Origin: Oikopleura dioica
Taxonomy: Eukaryota; Animalia; Chordata
Direction of reading: 5' to 3'
Assembly: GCA_907165135.1 (NCBI GenBank)
Contig: OU015569.1
Span: forward strand, 6,820,001 to 6,884,000
DNA: 64,000 nt
Shown here in pieces: positions 47,883 through 60,401 of this stretch (position 1 is its first letter; each line of letters starts with the position of its first letter). The position numbers and the translations under genes were made by a program. Under the pieces are notes generated by a model, which saw nothing but the letters and a program-made list of their open reading frames with translations, was not told where the DNA came from and ran no database searches.

Positions 47883-49325
47883 GTTCTAATTTCTTCTGGT
47901 AGGTTTCTTGGTCTGTTTTTTCTCTATTCAATCTGAATCGTCAAGCAACTCCAATAACTTGATGATCACGATTTTCGTTTTGCGAATAAGTTGACCAGTT
48001 TAGGTTCGAAAGCTTTTCTTCAGACAAATCCCTCTTGATTACTATGTAGTAAAAGAATATTGAGTTTTGGATCCGAAAAATCAGCTTGATAGGGGTTCGT
48101 TGGGTAGTATTTTTTCGGTAGGGCCCGATTTAGCTTCGTGCAGCTCTCTAGACGGCCTTTGCGAGAATGAAGGTGCTGCGCCAAAAAGCCGCTCAAGAAG
48201 CGGCGGCGGCGGTGGTGGTGGCGCCAGTTCACTTAAAATTGAGTGAGCGTGATGTCAGAATGCTCCATTCAGCCTCTCACGTGACGCTGCACCCCAAAAA
48301 AACGTACCACCACACTTTAACCGCACTCTTATGCTCAACTGATTTTCAATCCTATTCTTTTTTACTTGAGAATTTTTCTTGCTAAAACAGTAAATTATTC
48401 TTTGATTAAAAAAAATGTTTTATTGAAATGTTATTGTGAAAATCTTTGACAGAAGAATTCATTTATCTGATTTGACTTAACTTTGTTCGGTAAAATATTA
48501 TCATATATATAAAATGTAAAATCTAATTTATAAAGAAATTTTTCCCAAGTCCATCTTTAGTAATGATTCTTAACGCTTCCTAGTTAAGACTTCTTAATTC
48601 TTAATTGTCCATTAGATTATTACGTACAAAGTGGAGCTCGCTTAGATACGTCAACTACCGAGAATAATCAAGTGATCACTTGTATAGTTTTTGGCCAAAA
48701 CAGGGGATCGGGGCGAGTAAATGTTTGCGCTAGCCGTTTCCTTACTCTCAGCAATTGTTCTTAAAAATGAATATTTTTATGTCTGAAATGATAAATGAAT
48801 GATTTTATCAATTTCGTTTTCTGCTCTGCCGAATTCGACCTTTTGATGCAAATAAACATTTTCGAGAAACGATTAGCTAACACGTTGCAAATTTTGAGGA
48901 TTTACATCCTTACGGCTTTTCAAGCGACAATTTGTCACAATTTTGGTCAATTAGACTTGGCCCCGCCGATTCGACCGAAATCTAATTCTAACGCTAAGGC
49001 CTTTTCCTCGGAACAGACGTTCTTTTTCGCTGAAGCAGCGAAAAAACGCCTCGAGCGTCACCAACTTACTCCATCTGAAAAATGCATCTCTTCTCACGGC
49101 TAGCCGCGTGCCTACCCAATCTCTCATTAATGTGAATATTGTCAAACACAATCTTTTCGTTTCGTAACAATAATTTAGAGTCGCAGGAGCATTTTCTTTT
49201 TTTTTTGTTTTTTAGGATAAGAATTTACGCCTGCTTCAAAAAAATTATTTTCTTAATCCACCGCGTGTCGACTGCGCACTACTATTTTTGGATTTTCATC
49301 TTTCGCTAACCGAGGCCTCTTTAGA

Positions 49326-49952
49326 ATGGATAAGTCCTGGATCCAAGAGCTGAAGGAAAGTCCAACGAGCATGGTCTTGCTCGCGCTCTCCGCATACCTC
49401 GTCTACCAAATTGGTTGCGATTTATTCAGAAAAGACGAGCCCCCACCAAAGCCGCTAGAACCTTTAAAACAGGATATGACTCTCAAAGAGGTATTTTCGA
49501 TTGAGCAGACTGGTGCGTTTACAAAACATTATCTAGCTGAAGAAATACAGTGGCCGCGATGCTTCCGTGGACAACAGAATTTGTCTGGGCATAAAAGACG
49601 AAATCTTCGAAGTGACTCGAGGAAAGAACTTTTACGGACCAGACGGCCCTTACAATTGCTTTGCTGGTAGAGAGGCGTCACGATGTTTCGCGACATTTAG
49701 GTAAATAGACTTCCGCGAAAACTCGTCATTTTTGTTTTCATCAGCACGGACGAAGATGATATTCCGGAGGGAAAAGATGATCTTAGTGATTTGACAAGCG
49801 ATCAGAAATCGTCCCTAAACGACTGGTATGAAAATATCTCCTCCAAGTACCCCAAAGTTGGCAAAGTCATATACACTGTAAGTGACTTTCGATATACCGC
49901 CCTCTACGTTTTGATTATTCAGCCGGAAGACGAAGTCAAAAAAACCAAATAG
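49326..49952 (+). CDS. PGRMC: Membrane-associated progesterone receptor component (cytochrome b5-like)
   Basis: N-terminal TM; DMTLKE-LKKYSG; IFEVTRGKNFYGPDGPYNCFAGREASR; DDLSDLT..LNDW..KYPKVG. Confidence 0.93.
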
Positions 49953-50140
49953 AATGAAAGAGCAGCTCAAATCGCCACCCACCAATTGTTTCTTCAGAAA
50001 TTATGAGAAATAAGAATCATGATTATCGTTAATTCTTGCAATAATGAACCGAACAGATACCTTGTAATTTAATCTTATTCCTTATTGTTTCAGAAATAGT
50101 TTGAAAAAGGAAGACGAAAGCAAATCGGTCGTTACCGTAG

Positions 50141-51625
50141 ATGGACCCGGACGAGTACCCTGAGGTTGACCGATCGGTCAAGCAAATATCCTTCCAACTT
50201 CATCCCAGATTTAAAAATCAAAGAACGTATCAAATACCAGCAAGAAGAGAGCCCAAAAATTCACATTCCTTCCAGGTAATAATGGCGCATATCTCCTAGA
50301 AGTGTTTATTTCGATAGTTGCATCCCGTCAGTCTGCGCGAAGCCCTTTTCATTTCCTTGCAGATTGTCAGCATCATTTTAATTCGATGAGTTCCCCTAAA
50401 ATCACTTTAGTATGACTTTTCTTTGGAAGAAAGGCTTCAAGAAATCTTCCTCAAACGACAGAAGAATGAAGAAACAGACGAGGAGGTAGTAATTGACGAA
50501 GGAGATGATCAAACAATCTCTGCAGCTCAAAAAACGCCCCCTCCTATACCTCCAAGAAGCTCCAAAACGACGGATCAAAACGATTCCGGTAAAGATTGAA
50601 ATTTAAAAGGGAATTATTATTTTAGGAGTGTCGTCGAGCAATTCTGAAAACGGCACCGAAGATCTCCTCACACTACACAACTCGTCGAAGATCTTACAGG
50701 TTTCTCTTAAGGGGAGGGCACTTTTTTAACGCACAATTAATAGCCCTCGCCCAGCTCCCTTGCCCAGCCTATTATTCCTCCGCGTAAATCGAACTCCGTG
50801 ATAGACGTATTTGAAAACTTCCACGATGATCCCTGGGAAGCGGCCCGAATCAGTTCCATCAATGAGCACGAAGAACTCAAGTCAATTTTCACCCACTCAG
50901 AACCAGCGCCGTCCCCAGCAATCACGAGTACCCCTGGTAAATTATCGCAATTTTGCTGAAATTTAAAACCGTCTACTTAGTCCCCAAGAAGCAGCAGAAA
51001 CAACTCACTGACAACTTGATTGTTGCTGACATCGAAAGTTTACTTGCTCAGCGACGAAATCAAAACGAGCAAGAGCGGAAACAGAACTTCTCTAAGGTTA
51101 GCTGTTCTTGAAATCGTGACTCTTGAGATTTTCTTTCTAGTCCGCCCTTGCCGCCCTCAATTCGCTCCCTGTAATAGAGAACAGGTCATCGACGCCAACT
51201 CAACGCGGCATTTCACCGATCTCCGCGGCTCCTGCGAGACCCAAAACGGAGCAGGAAAAGTTCGTCGACCAGCTAGCTGAGATGGGCTACAACCGATGCA
51301 TAATAGCCAAGGCTACTCAGATTCTTGGCGATGATCGGTCAAAAATAATGGGTATTTTAAAATTATCAAAGTCAAGAATGCTAAAATCTATTTAGATTAT
51401 CTGAATGCATACTCGGTGCTAATAGAAAAGGGGTACCCTTCAGGGAAAGTTCTCCAAGTGCTGCAAATCTGCGAGAACTCTCTCGAGGAGTCGAAAATCT
51501 TCTTCGAGAAGAGCCCGAAATATATCGAGATGGGTTTCGACCTCACCGCGATAAGAAAAGCCCTCATCCGATATCCAAATGAACCGCGACTGCAGCTCGA
51601 GAGCCTCGTACAAGGCCGCACATGA
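50141..51625 (+). CDS. UBAP1: Ubiquitin-associated protein 1 (ESCRT-I; SOUBA domain)
   Basis: FENFHDDPWEAARISSINEHEELKSI; LAEMGY..DYLNAYSVLIEKGY..YIEMGFDLTAIRKAL. Confidence 0.85.
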
Positions 51626-52388
51626 AAAGCGGCCTTCATTTGTCTCTACTGAAAATTCATATTTTAAAAGTCTATAACTGATATGCTCAAACTCCGTCTG
51701 TTTCACCTTCACCGCGTTAGTCTCTTAACGCGTTATCTCTTCAATAAGTATTCTCACATCGAGTTCAAACTCTTTCTATCAAACGATCGCGTTTCTCATT
51801 TACGGCAAGTCAGTTAATACTCGGCAAACGTTAACTGAATCATCTAACAAATTGCTATCCTTGTCTATTAAATCGAATATCCTTCATGATACTGTCTCTT
51901 TCCTTTTCAAGCGTATTTCTCTCGCGAAACAAAACGTTACCTATTTGTTTGATACGTCTACCGCGACTTACAATCGTACTAAAAAACTGTATTTTCTGTG
52001 CAATTTCGATGGATTCTCTGGCCGTCAAGAATATATAATTTAACAAATAGTCGTTGGTTTATGTTTATGAATCGCAAGGAAACTTGTTATCATAAAGCGC
52101 GTTTTTGGATGTCTCTTATTCTAGCATGAAGTCAGGTTGAAACGCGTGGCGTCGAAAATTGAACAATAGCCACTCGGCAATAAATTCCTCACTTCTTGAG
52201 CTTGGTAATTTGCACCTACAGCTGTGATATGTTCTTTTACATTGGCCATAGAAAGTATCTGACAAGTATTGTAAAATTTGATTCGTAAAGCTGAAATAAT
52301 GTTAACAAGAAAGAGATTGATGAGGCTCAATTTTGAAAAAGGTAACCGCAGGTCGATCAAAGTAAGCTTATTACCGGAAGTCACAAGA

Positions 52389-53238
52389 CGTATTTGGGGA
52401 GTTGACTGACGGGGAGGATTGTCGTGTCCATAACGGGGAGAAAAAAGGCTCTCTCAAGCAAATTGATGATATGCTCTCTCAAGGAATCGCTCAAAATACG
52501 CGCTGACTTTTATATCTGACTTCCATCTGTTTTTTTTTTGCGAAGGGACGCGTTTGAGCAGAGAAAAAAGCCGTCAATGAACTCGTTATTGAACAGTTGT
52601 CGCGCCCTAGCTCAAGAGCATCTCCACGACTGTCAAACGAATCAGGCGAGTACTCAATGACGAGGACAACAAGACGAATACGATCATCGTCAGCATCCTC
52701 GCCACGCTCGCCTAGGTTCTCTAGTCCTGCGCGTGCTGAACCTATTAATCGGAATGAACAGCCATGGTCCACTCAAAGTAATAAATATGATTACGCAAGA
52801 ATAACGCTTATAAGTTCCCACTTTATCGTCGCAAATGCAGAAGATTGGTCGCAGACAATGCTCACCCTCGCCAACGAGGTGTCCTCCTAGTCCCGTGTCT
52901 ACTACTCTAGCAAGACGGCCTCCTCGTCCTGTTCAAAAAGAACGGGAAGGAAGAAAGATACGAACTCTCGCTCAAGGTAATTTGGTTATTTGACAGGGAG
53001 CTTACTTTTCTCAGCTCGTGGAAAACTTTCTCGCAGTTTGGAGCGATCCGGGAAAAGTGCAGATCAAGTAAGCTGTCGGGAAACAGCTTTGAGCCCCACT
53101 CCTCCTGAAATCCCTCCCAGGAGAAAGATCAGCGAAACTAAAATTCTCTGCAAAGCGAATGCTTTTGAAACGCCTGTCAAATATGTATCAATCTGCAAAA
53201 TTCACTGGACTCCAAAAGCACAAAATAAAGAAGGCTAA
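52389..53238 (+). CDS. Putative Arg/Ser/Pro-rich low-complexity protein; boundaries uncertain
   Basis: Exon-like ORFs 52597-52890 and 52990-53238; no domain recognised. Confidence 0.35.
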
Positions 53239-53272
53239 CTACTTGTATGTGTGTTTATTAGATGAAAGCTCC

Positions 53273-54451
53273 CTATTTTCGAGAGTTAAAACGCATAACA
53301 GCTTCGATGACTTCCTCTGAGGTGTATCGCGTTGCAAGGACTTCACATTCATTCTGAAATCATAGATGAGTTCGTTCTCAAATGTCTCTAATTCTTACGG
53401 CGTTGACTTGATGAAGAGTATCTCGCACTTCTTTGCTCTTGATGAGACTCTTCCCTAGTCGCATCGACTGTGGCGGGAGGACGGACAATTCTTCCAATGC
53501 GTCCAAACTTTTTTCATAAAATCATCTTTTTCGAAGATTCGAGAGACCAATCCAAGTCTCTAAAATATTTTATTTTAGCATGAAGCATGCGAGATGCTTC
53601 TATATGAATTTGCACTATCAATATAAAATATTTGGAATAGTTACCTTAAGTTCTTGCGCTGTAAATTGAGTGCCAAATAGAAGCATTTCGCTTGCATTTG
53701 CAGAACCAAGAACCTGAGGAAGCAAGTATGATGAACAGGCTTCTGGAACTAGACCGATTTGCGTAAATGGCGTTCGAAACGTCGCGTCATCTGAGCTCCA
53801 AACAAAGTCAGCATGAGGAAGGACCGTGACACCGATTCCAATGGCAGGTCCATTGACAAGTGCGGCAAGGGGCTTTTCAAAATCTATAAGAGTGCCAACT
53901 AGCGATTTGAACGTTTCTGTGTTTTGAGCAGAGACTTCTTCGGGCGTCAAATCGCTTTCTAAGTGAGAGTCAGGAACAATAGGAAAGATAGTTGAGTAAC
54001 TTACCCATCATACGCTTCATACCGTCTCCCATATCATTCCCAGAAGTAAAATACTTCCCAGTACCGGTGATTGCGGCGACAGTCAGATCATCATCCAGGG
54101 AGATTTTTCGGAGAGCTTGATCAACTTCACTGAATCGGGTTAACTCAATGCAAATTACCAATTCTGTATACGAGTAAGTGAAAGACACTCGCTTATCAGT
54201 GTAGCAGCATTTAGACCCCTTTCCTGTATGTTGTAGTGTTCATTGCATTCAATTTCTTCGGTCGATTCAGAGTTATTAGACCAACTTTACCAATTTTTTC
54301 ATATTTGATTGTCTCAAACGAAGTAAATCTTTAAAAAAGTTTAACTCCACATAATTTATGTGACATAAATAATCCCACGAATATAATTATTTAGCAAAAT
54401 ATCTTGCCTTGCTTGCTGTCTAAGGCCGAAAATTACTGATCGCCCAAGCAT
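53273..54451 (-). CDS. ECI2: Enoyl-CoA delta isomerase 2-like crotonase
   Basis: ITLNRPKKLNA; YFTSGND; FEKPLAALVNGPAIGIGVTVL; FRTPFTQIGLVPEACSSYLLP; NASEMLLFG. Confidence 0.85.
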
Positions 54452-54697
54452 CTCCTCTCTTTTAGTACTCGATCCTTATGAAAAAGGGGGAGGTACAAGG
54501 CAAACAGTTGAGTTTTGCAAAAAGATTGTTTGCATTCTGACATATTTACTCAACGCAGTCACACATTTCTTGCACGGATAAAATTCATGAAAATTAATCG
54601 CTTATTCTTGATTAAAATTTATTGAATTCCAATGAACTTTAGGCAGTGAACCTTGAATTTAGTTGATCGAAGGAGAGAAACGAGTAATGGAATAGCT

Positions 54698-56575
54698 TTA
54701 AAATGAGAATGCAGGAACTTGTTCTTTTGGTGCCTGGAAAGAATAAACATCGCCACTTGCAGGCTGAACATTTGCTAATTTTTAATTGCCCTTTATCACA
54801 AACCTGTGGGTCTTCCTCCTCACTGAACCAGGTTTCCACGATATTGAGCGCCGCCTTGTAAATGTCCTAGAACATGAGGATCAGAGAGAGCGACAAACTA
54901 TTTCCTTACCTCATTTTCGTGCTCCTGAAGTTTTTCGAGCATATCAATGGCATCGGCTTCCTCAATGCATGTCGTCATTTCGGTAGTTTTGCCGCTAGCA
55001 TCCGCCATGTTGAGCATGTTCGTGAGGCCATCAAGAACCACTTGAACGATTTTGCCATCAGCGCATCCGAGCATTGCGCACAATGGCTTAAGACCTCCGA
55101 GTTCGACAAGCTTGAATACTTGCATGGCGGAACCACCGGAGGTCAAATTCGTAACTGCCCAAGTAGCCTCCTTCTTTCCCTTGAAGTCGCCGTTTTCCAA
55201 AACTCGGATGAGCTCCTCAAGGAGCCCAGCCGAGATGATCTGCTCAATCTGGTCTCTGGTTCCCGCCGTAATGTTCGACAAGGTCCATGAGGCCTCCTTG
55301 ACGATGTTGGGCTTGTGATGGCGCAGCAAGGTCTGGAACGGCGAGAGGAGACCCTATCATAGTTAGAGTCATGGTCCAACCTAACTGGCGTACCTGCTCG
55401 AGCATAGTTTGGGTCTGAACATCCGTGCCAGTGACGATGTTACCCAAAGTTCGAAGAACTGGGGTGAGAAGAAGAACGTCCGGAATAGCGTTCAACATCT
55501 CAATCAATTGGACAGTGACTCCACTCTAAAGTTCAATTGACACTTTGTTTAATGAAGCTAAACTTGCATCAATTATCAATTGGATTCGTTCGTTAGGACC
55601 GTCGGTGATGTAAGACATGGCCCAGCACGCATCAGCTTTAATCTGCTTATCGCTCATGCCGAGCAACTGGAGCAGAGTCGGAAGCATTTGACTGATATAT
55701 TGTATGTCAGTCGGAGGGTTCTGAAATAGTATTTTAGTTTGAAAGAGTCTGATATGGCTTCACCTTGTTTCTGCATAAGTTCGACATTGTCCAGGAGATA
55801 TTTTGTAAAAATGGTACGGACGCTTGAGTGTTGTCGATGATTTTGACAAGGGGCTCGATGACGCCAGCAGCAAGAACCTGGTCACGGAAGGGAGCTCCAT
55901 CTCCGGCGATGTTTCCAAGCGCCCAGACAGCTTGCTCAACGACCTCCGGTACAGCGCAGTGGAGAAGGCGCACGAAGGAAGGCACGGCGCCGTGGCTCAC
56001 AACAGCAGCGGTCTACATCTTTTATATTTCAAAATAGAGGATTATATACCTGGTGAGACGCGCCGGATGCGATGTTAGTCAGCGCCCAGGCAGCTTCAAA
56101 TTGCAACTTTCGATTATCATCTCGCTGGAGAAAGTTAACCAAGGTCGGGAGGATTCCGGCCCCGATGATATCATCAATGGGAGGGTTGCGCTCACGGGAA
56201 AGCATTTTTCGGGCCCCTGAAAATAATTATAAAAAAACCTATCTAGCGGTTCTTTTTACCTTGAGTAGCCTCGTAGAGAACGTCATCATCGGCAGCTTGG
56301 AGGCCCTTGACGATCTCCTCGATGCTTGGAAGGTGGTCATGGGGACGAGTTTGGACGTTAATCTCCTTCAGAGGAGAGGTGTGGACGTCGTCTATGAGAG
56401 TTGAGCAGTTTCACTGTTAACAGTACGTACCCATGCAGATATTTCGGCGTTTCAGCATTTGCTCCTCCCGAGCATTCTTGCGGAGCTTGATTCCCTCCTC
56501 TTGGCGTCCTTTTCGGCGAGCTTCCTTGTCATTCTTGTCGCCAAACTTGTACCGGGCACTTCGGTTTTCAGACAT
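54698..56575 (-). CDS. KPNA2: Importin subunit alpha (KPNA2-like)
   Basis: IBB domain [26 protein letters not shown]; [14 protein letters not shown]; [13 protein letters not shown]; [15 protein letters not shown]. Confidence 0.93.
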
Positions 56576-57148
56576 CTTGTCACTCACTTAAAAAACGGAG
56601 TTTTGTGCTACCTCGAATCTCTGTTCGCGCAACTGAAATAAAATCTGTCGGTAATGTGGACGGGTGGGTTCACGCGGCCCGCGTCAAAAAAACGGAAATA
56701 TTGCTCCTTGGTGTTTTCAAATCAATACGAATCGCTCCTGATCTCGCATTATCTATCATCAATAATCGCAACTTTCGTAAATATTCGACGAAATAGCTTT
56801 ATTCGAAAGTTCAGGTCCTCCTTGAGGACTAAGTGTCAATCAGCATTAGTAATGCTGCATTACGGTTACCTATATTTAATGTTGCTTACAGACAGACAGT
56901 ATATTTATGATTCGATGAGGGTTTTTCATGGGACACGGTTTATATTTTACGGGGAATTTTCCATTATTCTGATTCTAGAAAGATTTACTTGCTGCTCCGG
57001 CCATGTTGCTGCGGCGGAGAGACTTTTTCCGCAACCGGTCGAATCGAAACAGGCTAGAAAGTCCTCGACCAAAAGTATAAAAAGCCAAGTAAACGCACTT
57101 TTTTATCAAATAAAACAACCAACAAACAGCGAGTTTGAAGAGAGCAAA

Positions 57149-57678
57149 ATGGGCTGCGGACTTTCCAAAGACAGGGTTAAGAAATTAATACAGATATACC
57201 ACTACAGTACTCTTCCAGAGGACATACAAATAGATGTAGTTTTTTGATAGCTTATTTAGCTCTTTTTGTAACTCGAAGAAAGTTATCAAGCGAAAATTCA
57301 CCAGCTCGAAATGCGAGATGGACAGTGGAGTGGACATCGACTTCTCCGATCTCGACGTCACTGACTTCGAAGAATTCAACCGACACCCTTCCCTGGAGAC
57401 AAAGACCACCCGGTAAGAGCGCAGTATAAGATCCTGGCTTCTGAGTAAGCCTGTTAAGCCTTACGACTGAGAGCGAATTCGATAGCGAGAGCACGATCTA
57501 CATCCAATGCAATGATCGCTTCGACGGAATCTCCATCTCCTCCGACGAACGAGCAATGGCACTCGTCGACGACTCCAAAAGTCTCTACACCGGTAATATT
57601 GAAGACGAATTTAAGAATTGTTTTTAATTTTTAGTTCTCGACTCGACCAAGGAAGTCAAGCGAATGCGCCTCATCTGA
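57149..57678 (+). CDS. Small acidic protein with N-terminal MGCGLSK acylation motif
   Basis: Exons RKFTSSKCEMDSGVDIDFSDLDV..., TESEFDSESTIYIQC..., VLDSTKEVKRMRLI*. Confidence 0.55.
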
Positions 57679-58051
57679 ACATTCTTCTAGCTCTCGATCG
57701 CTCATTTTTCTCTTCTCTTTTTTTATTTCTTATTCTTTATTTTTTCCTTTCCCTATATTTTTCAAAAACAGTATCAAAGTATTTTACTGAATAAATTTTG
57801 CAATTAAAAACGTTAAAAATGTGTTGATTTCAAAGTCAAAGGGCGAGTAGTGATTGAAGTGCATTTTCCAGTTTGCAAAGTTTTCGTCGTAAATAAACTG
57901 ATAAGGGACTGATTGGGTGCCAACTCTGAAAGTCATCCTCCTGTTGGGATTGGGCACGCAGAGTACTTGAGTGTGCCTATGATTAGCACGGCTAAGCAAC
58001 GAGAGTGACGAAGAGAAGGACGGGAAACGGAATTATTGCAAAACTCTGAAA

Positions 58052-60160
58052 ATGAGTTTCTTTGCAGGTAGATACAAGTATAGCAGTTTTTCCCTTTTTC
58101 TACATAAAATTTAGTACTTCACGCCTTTTCATAGCAAAAAGTACTAAATTTCTTCGCCAAATAATTGATTTAACACTATTACCTTTTGCACCGTCTAACA
58201 AGGGCCTAGATAATTACAGTAACCGCTCGGGCGCAACATCAAGAAGCTCTCTCTACCGACCGAGCTCTCGAGCTTCGCTTCCGTCCTTTCTGTCTCTTCA
58301 GAACTCGTCTTATCGAGTCCTGCAAGATGACGAAGACAAGTGGCTGACAGAAATTCCTGTCGACCCGATCTTCATGGAGCACACCGACAAAATCAACGTA
58401 AAGGTCGTCAAATACTCGCTTCAAATTTCTTGCGAGGTCTTTGATACAATCGGCGAGGGCAGAATGGCCAAAACTCAACGTGAGAGCTAAAATATTCTTC
58501 AGAAAATAAGTTTTTTTTTCAGAGTACAAACTAAACAAAAGAATCACTCTTCCTGACGATTGCAAACTAGAAACCCTCGATGTTGTTGTTGACAAGAAAC
58601 GAACTGTCGTGCGGATCGTTTGTGATAAAATACCTGGTAATCTTACTAACTGGTCAATATACTAACAAAGTCTACAAAAGGTCACAGCCGTTGCATGAGC
58701 CGAAACTCAAGAGCGTCAAGAGCTGGCTCCCGGATGGGCTCTGCACTTGGTTTTTATGATCAGCCAAGATCTGGACTCGCGACTCCCAACATGTTTGCTC
58801 CAACGTAAGTTTCTCCCTAAGATCAAAGAAACATGAAACAAAATATAGATTCGGCCAACCATCCCGTCCTGACTCAAGATCATCGTTTTACGGTGAAATG
58901 AATGGAGGTCGAAATATCAACGGCACCTCAAAGACGGGTAACTAGAATTGATTCACGTTTATTTTAATTTTATTTCCAGAACTCGATGAAGTAGAAAACA
59001 GTGATAAGCGATGGGAATCCCGCTTGGTTCTCGACGAAAATTTCGCTGGTGAAGTTGGCTCGATCCGAAGCTACAAACGAAATGATTTTATTTTAATTGA
59101 GAAGAAAATCCCTATTCCTAGTGACGTCCAGCTAGGAACAGTGTCAACCTTTATCAAAGGTATATTGATTCCTGGACAAAGTGACTTAGATATTTCAGAT
59201 GGTGTTGTCGTAATCATGGGAATGAAGAAACAAAGCCAGTCAACTTTTGTCCCAAACGGTGCTGGAGATCTTAAAATCGACACGGCCACACAAGCCCAAA
59301 TTCACCGTGAGATGACATCTTCCTTGAATGCTACTGATTTGACACCCTCTCGTCCAACGATGATTGCTCCTCCTGCCGCGGTAAAGCAACCAGAGAGCCC
59401 TCAATCCCCTGAGAAACCCCTCGCTCCGATTATTCCACCAGAGCAGAAAACTGAATCAGCGAAATCTGTGGAAAAAAATGCGATCGAAAAGCCAGCAGAA
59501 GCCAGAACGGAGGAGAAAACTCAACCTGCAAAACCTGAGGAAGAGAAATTCGCCGCAAAAACTGAGTCTTTCCAGCTGCAAGAACATCTTGGCCGTAGTT
59601 CTAGTCGAGCAACCCCAACTCAACGCTCCAGGTATTTCCGATAAGTTAGCTGACAGGCGATTTCCTACATTTAGTAATATCAGAATAAGAACCTCTTTAG
59701 AAACGTTTCACAATCTTCCGTTTCATCGCGTCGATCAAGTATTTCTGAGGCTCATAAAGCTGCTACTGATGCCGAATCCCAAGAAGACGAGTCCGGTAAT
59801 GGACCTGTCTGGTAAGAAACTTCCTCTTGAAGATACTTTATAGATCGAATTAAGTGAAATTATTGAAAATTCGGACAAAAAATGGGAAGTTCGTTTGAAT
59901 GTCCCAGCTATGTTCTTAGAAGCGCCTGAAAATGTGAAAGTAAAAGTTTCGAAGAAGAAAATTTCAATCAAAGCTTCTGTGACCAAGTCTTCGAAAACCT
60001 CGACCCTTTCCGTAAAAAAATTATAAAAAAACCAATCATAACTTGGTCTATTTAGCGAGAAGTCAATATCCCCTCTGACGTGAATCAGAAAAAACTATCT
60101 GTTGAAGCCGTGAAAGAAGATGGAGCTCTGATTCTTAGATGCCCTAAACATCAAAAATAA
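58052..60160 (+). CDS. Small-heat-shock-type protein with three alpha-crystallin-like domains
   Basis: DEDKWLTEIPV..INVKVVKYSLQI..RITLPDDC; ENSDKRWESRL..IPIPSDV; ENSDKKWEVRLNVP..VKVKVSKKKISIKA..VNIPSDVNQKKLSV..DGALIL. Confidence 0.72.
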
Positions 60161-60401
60161 ACATATAAAACCAAATCCTTTTCTTCGCACGTTGCTTTCC
60201 GTAAATTTTGTGCTGCATTAGCGATTATTACGGTGTCTACAATTCATTGAGGTTAGCCGCGAATGTTGTCCAAGAAACGTGCACTTTATTCAACTGGTAG
60301 GTATAAAAGCAGCATTGCAATGGAAAAGAACCATCCGAATCCGAGCGAACAAAAAAAACTTTCAATCGTCTATCTGAAAGAAGATAGAAACTTAAGAGAA
60401 A

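Noticed and set aside
48020-48385. ORFs around the GCG/GTG trinucleotide run (48020-48232 minus, 48167-48385 plus)
   Set aside because: Low-complexity, no splice-consistent partner exons and no domain; more likely promoter or UTR sequence
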